From Fistulifera solaris (taxonomy: Eukaryota), in NCBI GenBank assembly GCA_030295235.1, contig AP026164.1:1-64000 (forward strand): a stretch of DNA of 64,000 nt. Reading direction: 5' to 3'. The notes beneath the pieces are model-generated. The model was given only the letters and a program-made list of their open reading frames with translations, ran no database searches and was not told the origin of the DNA. Every line of letters starts with the position of its first letter. Within the stretch, counting starts at the first letter, position 1. A program made the translations under genes and the position numbers. Of this stretch, positions 60,718 to 64,000 are shown piece after piece.

Positions 60718-61869
60718 ATGAAATTTGACAGATATCCGGTTCTTTTAACAGTATTTATGCTGTGTTGCGTGCTGGAAACGGGCAAGGCGATCAAGTCCTT
60801 TCCGCCTGTCGATGAAACGCAATTATTTCCTCTTTTAGAGACGAACCTTTCTCCATACAATCGCGAAATCCAATGCCCCGGATCATTTCTCGCTAAAGAT
60901 TCGATCAATTTTACAACGATTGACATCGCTGATTACCATGAAGACGAGTATCTGTCACTCAAGCGCTTCCTTGACTCATCAAATGCGTTTGCAACGAACC
61001 ATCCTCAGCAATCGCAAGAACTAGCAAAAGATAACAAAAATTCGAATCTCAAATTTACAAAAACGGGCACCACCATTGTTGGAGTCGCGATAGATGGCGT
61101 CTGCGTCCTGGCGGCCGATACACGCGCAACAGCGGGGAGTCTTGTAGCCGATAACCGAGCCGAAAAATTGCATCTTTTGAATGCACGAACAGTGGCGGCC
61201 GGAGCCGGGACGTCAGCGGATTTGCAGCACATTACTCGAGAATGTGCTGCCGTAGCGGCCTTACAAGCGCGATGGAATCAAGTAGGGAACGACGTCGATA
61301 GTAAACGGGAGGATACTTCTTCGGTCCTCGAATTAGTCTACTGGTTACGAAAGCGCTTGTATGAACGCAATGGAGCATATCAAGCCAATTTGATAGTCGG
61401 AGGCATTCATCACAATGGAAAAGCACAGCTACGGGCTATTCATCCGCATGGGAGTGTCGATGTTGTACCTTTTACTGCATTAGGATCTGGAGGTATGGCA
61501 GCCATGAGTGTTTTGGAGCAAGGATATCCGGCGCTAGCTAGGGCAGACGATCCTCGACAAGCCGCCCAAGAGTTGTGCATTCAAGCTATTCGTGCCGGCA
61601 TTGAAAATGATCTAGGAAGCGGATCGCAGGTTGATATCTGTGTTGTCGACGCGAAAGCGGGGTGTGTCATGACACGGGGAGTTCATCCGGAAGAGCGTTT
61701 GCCCACTATGGACGAAAGATTAGACGATATCGGTGACACAGGAGGTGTCAATGGTTTTGGAAAGGTTCCTTTTGTGTTGCAAGCTCCGCGTGTTGTTCGA
61801 CCCAGCGATATGGAACTGCGAATGAGAGAACGAGAGCTATGGAGTTCGCTTATCAACGATGTTGAGTGA
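60718..61869 (+). CDS. 20S proteasome beta2 (PSMB7/Pup1-like) subunit with N-terminal signal peptide
   Basis: KTGTTIVG, LAADTRAT, AGAGTSAD, IHPHGS…FTALGSGGMAAMSVLE and AGIENDLGSGSQVDICV; leader MKFDRYPVLLTVFMLCCVLETGKA. Confidence 0.9.
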   Translation: MKFDRYPVLLTVFMLCCVLETGKAIKSFPPVDETQLFPLLETNLSPYNREIQCPGSFLAKDSINFTTIDIADYHEDEYLSLKRFLDSSNAFATNHPQQSQELAKDNKNSNLKFTKTGTTIVGVAIDGVCVLAADTRATAGSLVADNRAEKLHLLNARTVAAGAGTSADLQHITRECAAVAALQARWNQVGNDVDSKREDTSSVLELVYWLRKRLYERNGAYQANLIVGGIHHNGKAQLRAIHPHGSVDVVPFTALGSGGMAAMSVLEQGYPALARADDPRQAAQELCIQAIRAGIENDLGSGSQVDICVVDAKAGCVMTRGVHPEERLPTMDERLDDIGDTGGVNGFGKVPFVLQAPRVVRPSDMELRMRERELWSSLINDVE

Positions 61870-62193
61870 TGGTGAAAACCGGCGACCTGTTGTTCCTAAC
61901 ATCGTGTTACGAATACGTTGACCTTTTAATACTTGCTTTATTCCCACGGTAAACGCAGGCCTTTTGTGGCATTTTTCCACGGATTGAGGGATGATGCATC
62001 AATAGCGGTTTTCGAACTCTTTAGACATTACTGGGGCAGAATGTTTTAATTTATGCTAGAAACTGCCGTACCGAGTGGATCTTTTCCTCTCTACTCTTAT
62101 TTGTTGTTTCATGTTTCACTTTGTAATTAGTGGACTCAAAACAATTAAGCTGTAGTGCCTGTTATGACAGAATCGGCTTAGGCATTATCTTCC

Positions 62194-64000
62194 TCAGATT
62201 AGAAAAGACTTTTCGGTCATTGACTCTAGAAGAAGTATGCGAGTGCCTTCGAACATGATACTGCGGACGGAACAATCCCATCCAACCCGATCCTCGAGTC
62301 TCGACTTTAGATTCGCAAACGCCTGAGCTGATCTTTGTTTGGCGCTTTGCGCATTCATGGCGACAAGGATCTCAGCGGCAGGTTCCAGAACAACTACATC
62401 AGCTGCGTCGCCATTTTCAGTTTCAATACAGAGACCAAGGCGATAGTAGTAGCTGTCATCGTCGGCCTTTGTAAGGATCTTGTCTATCGACGAAATGCTT
62501 GACAAAGAGGGAATAAGATTTTTGAGAAACACGCGGCCTGTAAAAACTCCATCGTCGTACGATGTAAGCAACTCTTGAAGCGACTTCGTTTGAAAAGAGA
62601 CATTGGAGCGGAAATCGGCACATCGCCGTTTTCAATTTCTAGCTGCTCAAGGGGGAAGGATCCCGCTTTCCGCGTTTCGTTCTTCACCACGGCGCGCATC
62701 ATGTTTTTTCAATAGATCTATTACCTCGAAGCAATCGTCAGGTATTGGCGTCACGTGCGTTACACCTCTACTGTAGGCAACCGTTAAGCAGGTCAATTGC
62801 TTGTAAAGTATATTGTCATCCCAGGCATTCCGCAAGCGAAGGAAAGTTCCGGGTTGCAAGTCTTTAATCTGTTCCCAATGAGGATCTTCCCAAATAGCAA
62901 CATTCACCACTCGACCCGTTATTTGAGTTGGGGGGTCAAGACCCGATTTGCGACAAGCAGCTGCTAGTCGAGTTAAAACTTCAGGTGAGGGGTCGCCATT
63001 CTCGTTCTGTTCATCAACTGGGTTCGGATCCGAAATAGGAATTCCGGTTCCGTCCCAAACACGCAAAAATCCCCTAGGAACATTGCCAATCAAGTCTCCC
63101 GCTGGCATTGGATAGACTCCAGTAATCATAACAGAAAAGTCGCCCTTGAATCCAGATGAGAGTGTCAAGGACTCTTGTGGGACATGCAGATTCGACAATG
63201 TGCACTGGTATTGGCTTCGCAGGGACGGGAAGTTACGCTACCATGTTGAAACGCGATATGTTAGACGATATTATGATCAAAGAACAACCATAGACTCATC
63301 GATCAACAAAATAGTTTCCACGAACCTGTCTCTCTTGACCCCAAAGCCAGAGTCGTTCCATTTCCTTTTTTTCACTCTCTGTCGTCTCGGTATTTTGACT
63401 GGCGACATACGTCCATTCCCACACACCCTCACTTTGTTCTTCTTTCCGACAAACTAGAAAAGAGCTTTGCTTCAGTCCAGTCAGTTGTACATTGCCTTTG
63501 AATTTCTTCACTTCTAGTCGATGCATCCGAATCACGTCACCGGCGAGCCGAACATGTGGGAAATGATGCTTTCCGATACCAAAAATATTTATTGAAATGG
63601 ACTGCGGTTCATCGTCCACGTTGCTTGGTGCAATGCTTTCATCTATCAAACTGACAGTCATCATCCAATCTGATTCTTTGAGCTGCCGCGCTGGCGTAAA
63701 AGACAGGACTACCGCCATCACATCACACAAGCATTTCTCACTTCGATCTCCCGCATGAATACTTTGATAGCTTTCGTACTCGGCATCCAAATCGCTCTAT
63801 GAACAGAAACGAAATAAACTATCGTGAGTATATAGTTGTAGGAATGCATAGAATGCGAAATCGTCGAATCAGCACTTACAAGTTTGATGTAGGTAGAATC
63901 CGATTGCGATACAAGCTTTAAGGGTCGCTGCTCGGCCAAGTCACAAAATGGACTGTCTTCGATTCTAACAGGCTCTACATTGACACCATGCTCTTGACAC
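62194..64000 (-). CDS. POT1: POT1-like telomere ssDNA-binding protein (5' end beyond the window; intron ~63799-63880; frameshifts)
   Basis: OB1 DVMAVV…DWMMTVSLIDES…INIF…P…AGDVIRMHRLEVKKF; OB2 LRVWDGT…PGTFLRLRN. Confidence 0.8.

Noticed and set aside
6136..63800. Frameshifts in many conserved genes (CCT1, kinase, vWA, PI31, ankyrin, PAPS reductase, POT1) as programmed frameshifting, editing or mass pseudogenisation
   Set aside because: Those I traced are +/-1 changes in homopolymer runs, and essential genes such as CCT1 are affected. This is typical of unpolished long-read assembly.

Overview
Gene-dense eukaryotic nuclear DNA, most likely a pennate diatom (inferred from compact genes, short GT-AG introns, a diatom-type bipartite plastid leader and signal-peptide-bearing proteasome subunits). 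About 25 protein-coding loci are recognisable: Ssu72, an AhpD-like protein, a TPR/PDK1-like kinase, a 6x zf-CXXC protein, CCT1, a vWA protein, apyrase, a PDI-like protein, two signal-peptide proteasome beta subunits, ankyrin, VOC and EF-hand proteins, mitochondrial L27, PI31, two membrane-anchored PAPS-reductase homologues, IRE1, UCH and POT1. Many conserved genes carry single-base frameshifts in homopolymers, most likely long-read assembly errors. The most unusual part is a ~13 kb accessory island (~20.75-33.72 kb). It is bracketed by a ~1.33 kb inverted repeat, and each arm encodes a truncated, IBB-less importin-alpha with an eroded NLS-binding Trp array. The island encloses a degraded Nup50/Nup2-like FG+RanBD gene, a Helitron-like fragment, internal direct repeats and arrays of CAGA-N3-TCTG palindromes. 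Other notable observations are a tandem pair of type II membrane-anchored PAPS reductase homologues (one fused to thioredoxin, one catalytically dead), an IRE1 with a C-terminal CCCH zinc finger, and a repeated CXXC+helical module. All family assignments come from motif recognition by eye; no searches were run.
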